DNA of 63,921 bases, counting the filler, from Octopus bimaculoides (lineage: Eukaryota): assembly GCF_001194135.2 (NCBI RefSeq). It is 7 parts of 7 records of this genome, joined end to end, with 100 filler letters (N's around TTAATTAATTAA, not from the genome) between each part and the next. Parts side by side here need not be neighbours in the genome. Positions count along the whole stretch, not along the records: positions 32,693 to 40,041 come from NC_068989.1; positions 40,142 to 47,040 come from NC_068994.1; positions 47,141 to 60,328 come from NC_068982.1; 4 more parts are not named here. One strand, given 5' to 3'. Below, piece after piece: positions 37,325 to 50,755 of the stretch. The notes beneath the pieces are model-generated. The model worked only from the letters and a program-made list of their open reading frames with translations. It had not been told where the DNA came from and did not search any database. Each line of letters starts with the position of its first letter. Position 1 is the stretch's first letter. A program made the position numbers and the translations under genes.

Positions 37325-37752
37325 ACAGGCGTGGATCTGCGGTAAGAGATTTGCTTTACAACCACATCATTTCCGGATCGGTCCCACCACGTGGAAACTT
37401 GGGAAAGTGTCACCTAAAATAGCCCTAGGAGGACCAAAGCCTTGTGAGTGGATTTGGCAGGCGGAAACTGAAAGAAGCTCTTCGTATATATATATGCATG
37501 TAAGTATGTATGTATATGTTTGTGTGCGTGTGCGTATGCGTGTGTGTGTGTGTGTCCATTAGCACTGCTTAAAAACCGGTGTTGGTATGTTTACGCCTTC
37601 GTAATCTAGTGGTTCGGCAAAGGAGCCCGATACAATAAGTGCTAAATTTTAAAAGATAAGTACTAGGCGGGGGTTGTTCGCTCGAAAATTATTCGAGGCG
37701 GTGCCTCACCATGTCGTCTGTCAAATGACTGAAACAAGTAAAAGATAAAAGA
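37325..37752 (+). mobile_element. SINE family A, diverged full-length copy
   Basis: Head, gaccaaagccttgtgagtggatttgg core and gtcaaatgactgaaacaagtaaaag tail are all recognisable. Confidence 0.8.
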
Positions 37753-37926
37753 TCTCCAATTATATGATTTTACCTTATATTCGACCCCTCATTGGAGTCA
37801 TGAGGAACCGTCGTGTCATGCGGCGCGCCCTGAGTATTCTTAGACTTGGTGAGTCGATCGTTCTTTAGGTCGGAAGGGAGCTGATTACTTTCAGAAAAAC
37901 ACGCGCACGAGAAAGAGTAAGAGAGA

Positions 37927-37984
<58 letters not shown>

Positions 37985-39133
37985 NNNNNNNNNNNNNNNN
38001 NNNNNNNNNNNNNNNNNNNNNNNNNNNNNNNNNNNNNNNNNNNNNNNNNNNNNNNNNNNNNNNNNNNNNNNNNNNNNNNNNNNNNNNNNNNNNNNNNNNN
38101 NNNNNNNNNNNNNNNNNNNNNNNNNNNNNNNNNNNNNNNNNNNNNNNNNNNNNNNNNNNNNNNNNNNNNNNNNNNNNNNNNNNNNNNNNNNNNNNNNNNN
38201 NNNNNNNNNNNNNNNNNNNNNNNNNNNNNNNNNNNNNNNNNNNNNNNNNNNNNNNNNNNNNNNNNNNNNNNNNNNNNNNNNNNNNNNNNNNNNNNNNNNN
38301 NNNNNNNNNNNNNNNNNNNNNNNNNNNNNNNNNNNNNNNNNNNNNNNNNNNNNNNNNNNNNNNNNNNNNNNNNNNNNNNNNNNNNNNNNNNNGTGTGTGT
38401 GTGTGTGTGTATGTGTGTGTTTGTGTGACTGTATGTGTGTATATACATTATATACATGCACGTATATATATATATATATATATATGTTTGTATCTATAAT
38501 ACATTAAACGTCAGTTTCAATCTTGCTTGCTTGCTTGTAATGTTACTCAGCGAAACTGGCGCATAATGGGAAAATACCATGAATTAAGTATACCCTGAAA
38601 TGTTAATACGAATCGTATGAAACAAGTTTCACGTAAATCGGTAAAGTAGTTTTCAAGATATTAGAGATTTTCGGGAGTAGAAATAGCCAAAACGCTGTAT
38701 AATGGGAAAACGTTTCGAAAACAATCTTCATTTTGAAAGGGAAGAAACTCTTATTTTTCTATTAGACAGTGAACTGACAACGAAAGAAAAAAACGACTAT
38801 TTTTTTACAATTTCTATTTTCGGTTTTTTTAAACACGATATTTTAGCCATATAGAAATATTTTTAAGTGAATGTGATTTCAAAATATGTAAGCTGTTTGT
38901 ACAGTAAGTATGTATATTTTAGCTTTCTTTAAACTAACAATATTTTAATATCTTTTAAAATTATTTCATTACAAAATTTTTTTGGCATATTTAAAAAGTA
39001 TACTGAAGTGAAAATGACTTTAAAAATAAGGTAGATATTTCGTAAAAGACCCGTTCGTGACCTCAGTGTGAAATTGATTTTTTCGAGTGCATTCAACGTA
39101 TCTCCACTCCAAAAAATTTGGCTGCTTTTTCTT

Positions 39134-39208
39134 GCACGTCCTGCTACCACGTAACAGCTATTTGCAATAAAGGACCCAACATACCTGTTACGTGGTAGCA
39201 GGGCGTGC
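39134..39208. repeat. 24-bp inverted repeat with 27-nt loop
   Basis: gcacgtcctgctaccacgtaacag (39134-39157) versus ctgttacgtggtagcagggcgtgc (39185-39208); 23/24 Watson-Crick pairs, and the remaining one is G.U. Confidence 0.9.
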
Positions 39209-39662
39209 TAGAATTAGGAGCCAAATCTTTTCAACCCACGAAACAAAACTCTGTTGCTGGGACACCCGGTGACCCAACGGATAACGGGTAGTTTAGTATA
39301 AATATATAATGCAAAATCTTGTCATCATTCGGAGATATGAACTTAAAAGCTGCAAAGCAGAAGTGTTCGCTATCGACTCCAGGTTCCCCAAGAACATAAA
39401 CAAGAACATAAAACGATTGTTTCTAACTTAGGCACAGGGCTAGAAATTTGGGGTTCTCGGGTTAGACGATGAAATCAACCGCGGCACTTGATTGGCTCTT
39501 ATTTCATCAACCCAGAATGGATGACAGGCAAGAATGTAAAGTCCCAGAATAAATACTGACTCGATAATGATTCTACATATTCACTACTCTAATATGCGCG
39601 CGAAAATAACGGTTTCTAATTTACGCACAAGCCAGCAATTTTAAAGGGAAGGGTTTAATCTA

Positions 39663-39827
39663 TGTGCAGGCGTGGCTGTGTAGTAAGAAGCCTGCTTTCC
39701 CAGCGACATGGTTCGGGATTCAATCCCACTGCGTGGCACCTTAGGCAAGTATCTTCTACTATAGCTTCGGGCCGACCAAAACCTTGCGAATGGATTTGAT
39801 AGACAGAAACTGATAGAAATCCGTCGT
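39663..39827 (+). mobile_element. SINE family A, 5' half
   Basis: caggcgtggctgtgtagtaagaag...cccactgcgtggcacc...ggatttgatagacagaaactg. Confidence 0.8.
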
Positions 39828-39850
39828 ATGTATGTATGTATGTATGTATG

Positions 39851-39892
<42 letters not shown>

Positions 39893-40141
39893 ATTATGTG
39901 TATTTCTTCTATTCCTACATATGTTTCAAAGGATTACAACCTGTGTGATCCATAGGGATCTTTGATATTAAAATTGTAACCTTCTCATCAGGAATAAAGT
40001 ATGCAATTATAACATCCGTTTTCTCCAATCCTTAAATTCTTNNNNNNNNNNNNNNNNNNNNNNNNNNNNNNNNNNNNNNNNNNNNTTAATTAATTAANNN
40101 NNNNNNNNNNNNNNNNNNNNNNNNNNNNNNNNNNNNNNNNN

Positions 40142-40205
<64 letters not shown>

Positions 40206-40681
40206 TGTGTTCCTGGCTATGTTTTGTTTCTAATGTTACCAATCAGAGAAGTGTGAAGAAGGAACTTTATAAATTCGAAAATTTCTAAAATTAGATTTTT
40301 TTTTCTTCTCTGCTACTCTTTGTCTTTAAAATTAGAATGCGGTGGCGGTAGCGAAATAATAAATCTACGAGATGAGACTTTCTAACATTGGTTTGGAAAT
40401 AAATTGAAAAATATCCAAAATAAAATAAGGAATAACAATTTCTTCTACCTTGTGCACAAATTGCTTATACCAGTTCCTCTTTCTCTTTGAGAGAGCGTCT
40501 GGTATTGGCAATTTGAACGATACCAATATCTGATTGGTCACTTGATTTTATCGACCCGAAAAAATTGGGCATGGCGTGATTTTAATTCAGTATGTAAAGA
40601 CGTTAATAAATTATAAAAGGCTTCCTTTTTTTTATATTTTGCTGATTTCCCTATCCACTTCTCTTAGAAATTATGACTACC

Positions 40682-41015
40682 AGCACAAGGGGTCTTAATC
40701 TGGGAGATACAGTAGTAATATTTTAATTATATTTTCAATGAAATAGCTTTGTCGTGATTAAAATATGTTAATATTAAAAGTATAAGCAATATGTTGCATC
40801 ATCAGTGAGCAGAAACTAGAGTGATGGTGTGGTTTGCTCCAGTATCAGTACATAGCCACTAGCGCAGGGGTTCTTAATCTGGGCGGTAGGAATACTTATT
40901 TGTGAAACGTATTCTCATTAGAATATCTTTGTAGGGATTAAAATATGAGTAAGGTACTGTGTTGTTTCCTTTGAGCAGAAACAAGACTGTTGATGTGCCT
41001 AGGCCCAATATCATT
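40682..41015 (+). repeat. Diverged tandem dimer, period ~179 bp, with hAT-TIR-like start (CAGGGGTTCTTAA)
   Basis: Matched blocks in both units: agc.ca.gggg.tcttaatctggg, ctttgt.g.gattaaaatatg and gagcagaaac.aga.tg.tg.tgtg. Confidence 0.7.
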
Positions 41016-41154
41016 TCAATGCATAATTCTTAGCCTTCTTTAGTAAATTCTGTACTGCTGGTCATTTCTTGTCTGGTACCTTAAATATTTTATTACTTCT
41101 TTGGGAGCGATAAGCGAAATAAAGATTAATTATATTTAAGGCATTGCATAAAAC

Positions 41155-41383
41155 TGTTGTGTCGACGCCCCCAGGCGAAGAAGTAGGATCTCCCAAGACA
41201 TATAAATAGAGGTGGTTTGGCCGTGGTGGAGTGTTGATTAGCAGTCGAGTAGCAGTTGTGTAGTGGTTGAGTAGAGGTCATCCGAAGGTGCTAGACAGCA
41301 GTAGCTTGAGACATAACAAGAACACTTGCAAAGACTCTACCTTTTGAATTAAACGTGCAATTCGACCAACGATCTCCTACACA
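41155..41383 (+). mobile_element. Possible solo LTR
   Basis: TGTTGTG...CTACACA ends, internal TATAAATAG and a downstream ATTAAA. No target-site duplication found. Confidence 0.35.
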
Positions 41384-41577
41384 CAGTTTCTGACTCCCCA
41401 AATTCACTCACAAAACTTGAGTCGCAGTAGAATCGACCCCAGGATCTTTGTGGTTGCAAACGGTACTTATTAACCCCTCAGCAATGCCTTCCCACAACAA
41501 ATACATGCACACTACACACACACGCACATACACATATGTTTATCTATCTCTCTCTCTCTCTCTCTCTNNNNNNNNNN

Positions 41578-41640
<63 letters not shown>

Positions 41641-42271
41641 TTTTATCCATGCTTGATGAACTATGAACAATAATGATACAGTGGAAATTTGTCATTATGT
41701 AGTTTTCCTCTCTCTCCTTTACCCACCATAAAGTAAACGATGTAATTCAATGTGTAATGATTCTTGACTAGTCTGTACTGATAATATCCAACAACATTAA
41801 AATAGCCGCTATGTACGATTATTGACAATTCTATGGTCATTCAATACGGCAAGGTGTTGCTGAAGTGAATTTCGCCTCTATTTCTAGCTCGACGAGTGAC
41901 GCAACAGGTAAGCCGCCTACTTTCTTGTTAGTTTGCTCAACGCTGAAACTATTTGGTCATTCAAGTTCTTCCTTCCCGATAACGTTTCGCTGATTAATAT
42001 CTAAACCATCCAAAGCTTTATGAGATTAGCTCCAATAACGCACGTCATATCGGAAGCTCAGGTAGGTAAACAGCATCATAAATAACATGTAGAAACCATC
42101 CAGAGGAAGTCCGTGCAGTAATAATGCTAATAATGGCAAGTATGATGGTGGTGGTGGTGGTGGTGGTGGTGGTGGTGGTGGTGGTGGTGGTGGTGGTTTT
42201 GGTGGTTTGGGGAAAAAATTCTTTCAAACATTACATCATTAATTATTACAGATACCTGGTATCTGGCTCTC

Positions 42272-42304
<33 letters not shown>

Positions 42305-42962
42305 GCACGCACGCACACATACATACACACACACACACACACATATATGTACACACACGCGCGCGTGCTTAAAGTTTGAGTACGTTATTTTATGCGTCCA
42401 ACAGTTTCTAACAACTCAAGAAAGGGCTTATTCAAGTGAGTACATTTAGCGGAGTTTCACCATTTTTTAACGCAGGAATTAGTGCCACGTCTTTTTTTTA
42501 AATGACATTCGTCTTCAGTTATTCAGTCCTAAGCAATCTTTCGATGTTCAGTTCTATGCAATCTTCGCAATATGATAAATCAAAGAGAGCCTGCAAAGGT
42601 CACGGGTTCGTTCTTTTTTCTCCACTGCCTAAACATTTATATAAAAAGAATGCGATGCTTTAGAGAAAACACTGGCAATTTTCTTGGCCTGTCTTGACCT
42701 TACATTCGAACCCCGCATTAAATAGGTTGTGTTCACAACAATCCAGCACGCGTTAAAATCTACACACCCAGAATAACTACCGTCTACTTGACATTTCCCC
42801 TGGTCTCGGGAGATAACAATAAGAAAGAATATATATTGCTTTGCGACAATTTATCTTTCTTCTCTTTCTCGCTTTATGACCAATCTACTTGATTTGGGAA
42901 GAATTCTATATAAGGTAATCGTATTATCAACTAATGTTCCTTCTCCTATCTTGTTTTGTTTA

Positions 42963-43098
42963 ATGCTATATAATGTAATACTGTTGCTATGGATCTCTGC
43001 TCTAAATGTAATAACAACAGAAACTTATCCAGATTATAAGGTCACGATGAACCAAGAAGTGTCAATAGATCTGCTCCAAACAAAATACAAAAGACGAA
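42963..43098 (+). CDS. Candidate signal-peptide/propeptide exon (MLYNVILLLWISALNVITTETYPDYKVTMNQEVSIDLLQTKYKRR)
   Basis: Hydrophobic N-terminus, basic KYKRR end and a phase-1 donor GAA|GTATAT. No downstream exon identified. Confidence 0.3.
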
Positions 43099-44499
43099 GT
43101 ATATGAGTAATATCTTTACAAATATCCTTAAAAACTGTATAACATAGGAGCGCAGTTGGAGTTTTATATTGTACACATTCAATAAAAATTATATTCATCT
43201 CCTGCGTACACAGATACACGTTCTAGCGTAATACCCATAAAAAACGACGGATAGTTAGATTATGCAATACATTATGCAAGCATAAATTATGCATAATTGT
43301 TTCTAAAACAGTGTTGTATCTGGTAAGCATTGGACTTCGAGAGAAGACCACCATAATAGTGGATAACCGAAAAGGAAAGGAATTTGAAGATTATCTTATC
43401 ATGGATAGCAGACAGGCATGAAGAAGAATGATTTAAAATGTGCCCACGAAAAAAAATTACAGCAATACACACGAAACCTCTAGCTTTTATACCCAAATAA
43501 CGTATATACTAATAATAATTGGTACGCTTGTGGTCATTAGTAAATGCCTAAGTGACAATCTGAAATAAATTATGGTTTTCAGGGGGAAAAAGCAACTAGC
43601 TAACACGCACATTAAGAATACAACCCGTAAACAAGACAATAAAAACACTGGAGACTGTTCTCAAATTCAATATGGAACATTGTTTTCTATATCTACATTC
43701 CAACAATGGAGTTTCGTATCTTTGCTAGAAACCAGCTCCTTCTTTACAGGACGACTTTAATTGATAAATGACAGTAGAGGACATACGTACATACATTCAT
43801 ACATCTAGATATAGATATAAAAGATAAGAGAGGTTTTCCTCAGGGTGACTCAAACTAATAGGTATGTGCTCTAAGAGATCAAATTAGTATGCTACTAAAA
43901 TTCCGGTTTGAACTGCAGTTGAAGACGTGATTTTGTGACTGCCTTTTCTAAAGCGACGAGAAGTGGCTTCTCCTCCAGTCGGTAGGTATATATTAAAGCA
44001 GAAAAGATAAGGCAAACAGTTTTGCTTGACTTGACAAGGCCATTTAATTTAGCTTTTATAATCTATCTAAATTAAATGTCTTTATCAAGTCTAGCCAAAC
44101 TGTTTGCTTTTTTCTTTTCTGCATTAATCTATACAGACATAGATATATACATACACACATACATACACGCGCGTGCACATACGCACGCACACACACACAC
44201 ATACACATACACATACACACACACTCATATATGTGTGTGTGTGTGTTTGTGTGTACGTATGTATTTATGTATTAGTGTAATGTAGTTTGAGTGATGCTTT
44301 GTGTGGTATTTAAAGTTAACATTGTTCAAAATCTGTAAAATGAAATATAAGCGTGAAAACAAAAGGAAGACAGATCAACAGTTTATATTTTTAGTTTATA
44401 GTTCGAAATTTCGGGGAAAATAGCATCTCACCACAAGGAAATGGGCGTGGTGGTGTCCAACTAGTATCGTTTGCTCAAATATGTTGGGGATGAGAAATA

Positions 44500-44755
44500 A
44501 CCAATCTACATTTTGTGCCAGACAATCTACAGTAAATATAGCAATGATAGAAGAGCCACCCGAAAGGTATATATCCGCATCAAAGAGCACATACATGCAA
44601 AAACATCACTGAAAAAATCCCTAGAGAAGTTCCAATCCCTGGACCTTACAATTACCTTCAAAGCAACAGACCGTAACATTGGCAATTTGAGCATCAAGGG
44701 CGCCATCCTCATTATCAAACTGAAGCTATCAATGAACAACATGCGCAACTTCTAA
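44500..44755 (+). mobile_element. Penelope-like element GIY-YIG endonuclease remnant
   Basis: CQTIYSKY..RRATRKVYIRIKEH...DRNIGNLSIKGAILIIKLKLSMN matches the C..YIG.T.R.L..RIKEH ... L.IKEA..I...KP.LN pattern. Confidence 0.7.
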
Positions 44756-46440
44756 GAGACTGACTGGTTATTGTAATAATACCATTCTGTAATAATACCA
44801 TGTCACAAACTCATTCCTCTATAACTAAGCATAAAATCTCAACATTGGCCAACATCGTCAATTTCTTCCTGGCTTCCATGAGTGATGTTATTTATACCTA
44901 GGTCAGCACAGAGTATGACCTTGACTATTGCATCTTTTATTCAGAAATAGCGTATCTAAGACTACATCATGCAATGTGTCTGTCCATGCTATGTGTTAAA
45001 ACTGCAGGGTGTTAATAACTTTTAAACATCATTTTACATTAGAACTTTTAGCTAATTCATAAACTTTGATTCGTATTCCTGTAAGTATGAATCAACGAGA
45101 GAGAAAGGGGCGGGAGGAAAGGGAGAGACTACAAGAGATAGAGAGAGAGAGAAGAGAGAAGGAAAGAGAATGAGGAAGAGCGAAAAGAAGAAAAGAGAGG
45201 GAGAGAGATTCGACCATGACTTTACAGGTTGTTGTGTAAACCCTCCGGTTAGCTCAAATAGAACCGATCTAGTATGAACTCAATTAACCACAAGTGGTGC
45301 TATTAAATAAAACATGGCCTAAGAGGTTGATGGTTGAAACCTATCTGATGTTTTATGATGTTAAGCAAATATACAGCCGCAGAATTAATTAACATTTGTA
45401 AACTTAGATAAGTTACTGTGCCGCGAGGAAGGACAACTTCTAATAAACACGCAGAAATGAAATTTGAAGAGTACAGATAATTAGTTCGACATATGAAGTA
45501 GACGACATGTTCAGCATAGTGCTATGCCTAGTGTCTTGGAGTATTTAGCGGTGTCCCTTTACTATTATCTAATCCTTAACCGCTTATTATCATCCCAAAA
45601 TTTAAGGTCCCTTCGTCTAAGAAACAACTAAAATACCAGTAAAGTATTGGAGTTGATCTAACTCATATCCGCTACCCGCCGCCTCCCATTTTGTGGGATC
45701 CTCTGTTCAGGATACTATTAACATATATGATTAAAGTAACATTAACCGTTGACTTCATGTTTACTTCTCTTTACCGAAAAATAGGTTGAGTTTAGTTGTG
45801 ATTTAGTTTTTCTCACATCACTACTGTAAATATAATAGCACCTAAATCGGTTTTATGTTAATATACTTCTAAAATGATTTGGTATTCCTTTCATAATGAT
45901 TTGATAAAAGTGAGCAGAATAAACATGAAAATTATATATTGAACTGAAAACTTCTAATACGGAAACAGCGCGGTATGTACATTGTATTATATGCATGTGT
46001 GTATAACTGAATGAAACATCAATTACGAAATTCCTATGAAGTTTCGATGTGATATATAGATATACAATACAAATTTTCAAAAGTGAAGACCGAATGGAGA
46101 ATTTTTGTAAATAATAGAAAAAAAAAGAACGAAGATAAAAGTGACAAAGATAAAACCTTAAGTATATAGAAGCTCTAAAGGAAAAAGAGGTTATAAACAA
46201 AGGAAAGATAGAAAGAGAAAAAGAGAGAGAGAGCTAAGTTAGGAAACAGAAGAAGAAAAGGGATACAAATGCAAGACGTGATTGCTTTGCGATTAGCGTG
46301 TTGTTGAAATCTTCGATAATTAAAGAAACCTCAAAACCACATTCTGATTTTAAAAAATAATAATTCCTGCTAATTAATAAGCTGCTTTCTCCATTATTGT
46401 ATACATACATACATACATACATACATACATACATGCATGC

Positions 46441-46486
<46 letters not shown>

Positions 46487-47220
46487 GTGTATATTTATAT
46501 CTGTGTATGTATGTGTGGGTCTGTAAAACACCCATCCAGACAATGGCTTAGGCAAATCACTTCAAAACATATACTTCATAGGCTAGTGTAATGTATTGTA
46601 TACTTACAGTCGGTATCAGATGGAGCTCAGTCCAACGTTCACAGAAAAAAACACATTCGTGGAGTTTATACTACAAAAAAGAAGAACAAAAAAGCAAAAA
46701 CCCGAGTTTATTATAAAACATTGACATAAGCTTATATAAATGCATATAATTTTATCTGATAATGATTGCCAATATAAAACATGGCTACTTTATCACATAT
46801 TTCGAAGACGATGTGGACAGTGAAATGATATGGACACCAATGTTTACGTGGAAATTATTTTATCGAGCCAGGAAGAATAAAAGATGAATTTGATTCCTTC
46901 GAGAGATTAGTGCCTAAAACAGCAAAAATCGAGACTAAATAACGCGGACTATTTCTCTCCGCCACTCTGCACATTCTATCAATTCATCGCCTTCCTATTA
47001 TTTATTAATGTTTCTACATATATATATATATATATATATANNNNNNNNNNNNNNNNNNNNNNNNNNNNNNNNNNNNNNNNNNNNTTAATTAATTAANNNN
47101 NNNNNNNNNNNNNNNNNNNNNNNNNNNNNNNNNNNNNNNNTATATATATATATATTCTTTCCTTGGATTATTATCAGTATTACTACGTATGTTTGTGTGT
47201 ATATACACACACACATGATA

Positions 47221-47538
47221 TGTGGCCGTTGCCAGTACCGCCTGACTGGCTCCTGTAGGATTTTCGAGCGAGATCGTTGCCAGTGCCCCTGGACTGGCTT
47301 GTGCGGGTGGCACATAAAAGACACCATTTCGAGCGTGGCCGTTTTCGTGCTGGTGACACGTAAAAGCACCCACTACACTCTCTGAGTGGTTGGCGTTAGG
47401 AAGGGCATCCAGCTGTAGAAACTCTGCCAAATCAGACTGGAGCCTGGTGTTGCCATCCGGTTTCACCAGTCCTCAGTCAAATCGTCCAACCCATGCTAGC
47501 ATGGAAAGCGGACGTTAAACGATGATGATGATGATGAT
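47221..47538 (+). mobile_element. Young retroposon family E ending in (GAT)n
   Basis: gtggttggcgttaggaagggcatccagctgtag...catgctagcatggaaagcggacgttaaacgatgatgat. Nearly identical to 60098-60328 in the opposite orientation. Confidence 0.85.
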
Positions 47539-47560
47539 ATATATATATATATAAGGTGGC

Positions 47561-47851
47561 ATGCACCTGCAACAAGAGTATGATGCAATAGACAAGTTGG
47601 CTGACAGCAATAATATGCAATTCAATGTTGGCAAGTTCCAAGCCCTAAGCTATCACTGGACAAATTTAAATGCAATGCAGACTAATGCAATGGATGTGGA
47701 GGGATTGCAGTTCCAGAATCACAATCAGTGTGTGGCATGGGCATTGACACGAATGGTGATGCATCCTTCCATGTGCATATTAGTAAGTTGGCAATGAAAT
47801 GCAGGCAGCTGACTGGATGGATTCTTTGAATTTTCAGTACAAGAGAGCAGG
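47561..47851 (+). mobile_element. CR1/L2-clade LINE RT C-terminal fragment
   Basis: LQQEYDAIDKLADSNNMQFNVGKFQALSY ... GIDTNGDASFHVHISKLAMKCRQLTGWIL*IFSTRE. Confidence 0.8.
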
Positions 47852-47855
47852 AAAC

Positions 47856-47980
47856 CAGATTGTGTGATGCTTGTGTTAGAACTGCAATGCTGCATGGTAG
47901 TGAGACATGGGCCTTGATTACAGAGGATTTGAGAAGACAAGAAAAAAAAAAATGAAGCAAGCATACTTTGCTGGATGTGC
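47856..47980 (+). mobile_element. RTE-clade LINE fragment
   Basis: RLCDACVRTAMLHGSETWALITEDLRR..KNEASILCWMC. Confidence 0.8.
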
Positions 47981-50131
47981 AAAGAAGAAGACTGCTTAAA
48001 TGGACTTGTGATGCATATAGATGAAGACTTAACTGATTAGAAATAGCAGCAGAATGTTCTCAATTCACATCCTGCTGCCTTGAAAAAAAAAAAAAAAAAA
48101 AAAAGATAGACTGGATAATGTTGTCATGCTTTAAACATAAATGTGTGATATTTATGATAAGAACACCATTGATCACAGATCTATTCAGATAGAACTGACC
48201 TGGGGTTAAACAGCAATAACTTTGCCTACTTTCACTTTACAGGGAATTGGTAAAATACCTACTTATACTATATTGGAAGTTGAATTAATGAACAATGCAT
48301 CTATCTCATGAGCTTGTAACCCTGTGCCTGATATAACAAACTATTATTGTAATGTACTTGGTATATGAGTGTGTGTGCATCTATATGAATATGAAAGTGT
48401 GTGTATGTGTTTATGAGTGTATGTGTGTATATGTTTGTGTAGGTATTTGGAAGCTAGCCTTGTGACACAAGTGATTTTTGAAACATAACAATAGCAAGTT
48501 AGCAAGTTTAATAGTGATTACTTACATTAAATAGACACAAACTCGGTAGTTCTATAATATCAACTGAATTGTTTAGATTTTTACCAAAATTTAGATAGAA
48601 TTTTTCTTGGTTTCTTGCTAAAGTGAAAATTGAAACAACACTACATTGTTCCTCTTGTGTCTTACACCCATTTTCAAAGATTTATAAAGAGCTACAAGTA
48701 TGTAAAAATAGCAATAAATAACAGATGCAAGCAGGAAATATCTATATCTGCATTAAGTAGACTATGTTATGATGAGATAGTAAAGGAAATGCATACCATT
48801 AGGCTCCGGAGTCTGAAGCATTTTAAAATGTTGCTTAACATTGATTTTTTTTTTACATAGATATGAATGCACACATTTATATGAGAAGGGTGTATAATCA
48901 GTTAAATCAACTATGATAACCCTTGAGGGATGATTCGAGACAAATTCAACCCCTAGTATTGTCTAAATTCGCATTGATGTAAACAGATATAATGAAATAT
49001 ATCACAAGGCACTATGTCTGGCATGCTATCATTTTTGACACGTCTACATTATACTTCATATGTTAAATATTACAACGGAGTGTATGTTTGTGCATGTATA
49101 TATGTATGGGTTTGTGTGAGAAAGAAAGAGAAAGAATATGTTGGGACTTATGTAAGTTTTAGCATTGTATTCTTTATTTAGGTGTTGATAGTTATCAGAT
49201 GAGTATGAATATTTGCAGATTGCTTTTGATACTTCTGTATAAAATCCTTATACAACCATTTCAGTGTCTTGCTTGCATTGGCAACAATGCATGCTAAAAA
49301 TTTGCTCAAGTCAGTAGTTGTCAATATAATGCTTCTCAAGTGCTGTATGTGTACATGTGAGAGTGAGGCTGTGTGAGTGTGTGTTAGTTTAGATATGAGG
49401 CAGATTTGATTAAATGAAAAGGTACTGGATTCTGCCTTTGTTGGCTTGATACAGTTCTATAATTTTCTCCTTTCCCTTGTTTCAGTGAGAGCTCTGTATC
49501 TTCAGAATGCAAATGCTGTCTTCTGAAACCTGTGTTTCAAGAAAGATAATGATAATAAATGCTATGTGATGAAGGGAAATCTAACAAAACATTTTATATT
49601 ATAATGAAGCTGCACTACCATACAGAAACCTATATACTGCAAGTTGGACTCAGTCTGCAAATGACAAGATGTGAAGCCCTGACTCTTTGGCTTGTAATCT
49701 GACATTCTATTGACTAACATAGCTTCATCATTCTCTTATCTGTTTAAGACAAGGTTAATTATTTCCTGAAAATAATTTACAAGTTGTTAATTATGAAGAC
49801 CACAAATAACTATTGATAAAGGTGTTTGCTTTGAAACAGCTAGAGATATTTCAACATTGATTAATTGGCAGCAAACTATATTTTTGTAGTTAACACCAAA
49901 CCAGAATTGAATATCTAATAAAATGACTAATCTGGGCGTGTGTGTGTATGTGTGTGCGCATGTGTGTGTGTGTGTGTATGAATATGTCAAAATATAGCAT
50001 GACAGCAACAAACATTGATGTTTTTTTCTCTTTTTTGTATGTATAAGATAATGAAAGACCGTTACACCCATGCCAATATAAAAAATGGATATAAATTGAT
50101 AATGACAACTTACACACACACACACACACAC

Positions 50132-50335
50132 ATGAGAGGGTGCTGAAAAGTTCTTGGCTTTGGGTAAAAGAGAATACAGGATGACAAGTTAATTAAGATT
50201 TTATCCAACATATTCCCCTCTCAGATTCACACACGGCAGTTCTTCAGTTTTTCTAAGCTCTGTAAAAAAAATTCAGAAGGTTGGGCCTCCAACCAAGCCT
50301 TTTGTGATACCCTTAAAGCCAGGAACTTTTCAGCA

Positions 50336-50342
<7 letters not shown>
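50132..50342. mobile_element. mariner-type MITE
   Basis: TIRs gagggtgctgaaaagttcttggcttt / aaagccaggaacttttcagcaccctc. Confidence 0.85.
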
Positions 50343-50410
<68 letters not shown>

Positions 50411-50662
50411 ATATATATATAAATTTAATACACAACTGAAAGAGCTACTAACAGTTGTATGCTTTTATGATAGCTAAACAGGCATATTTATAAAATACAC
50501 CATGTATCTTAAAGCAAGTTTCTATCTATAGAAGAGAACATTTGTCTAAGATTCTGTGCTGTGGTACTGAATTCATATGGTTGCAAAGAGAGCTTCTTAA
50601 TCATAGAGCCAGACTCATTCCTACAAACATAGATTCATACACACACACATATATATGCATGC

Positions 50663-50755
<93 letters not shown>

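Noticed and set aside
47089-47466. ORF MKPDGNTRLQSDLAEFLQLDALPNANHSESVVGAF (twice, also 60171)
   Set aside because: Antisense translation of repeat family E; its recurrence reflects repeat copies, not a gene family.
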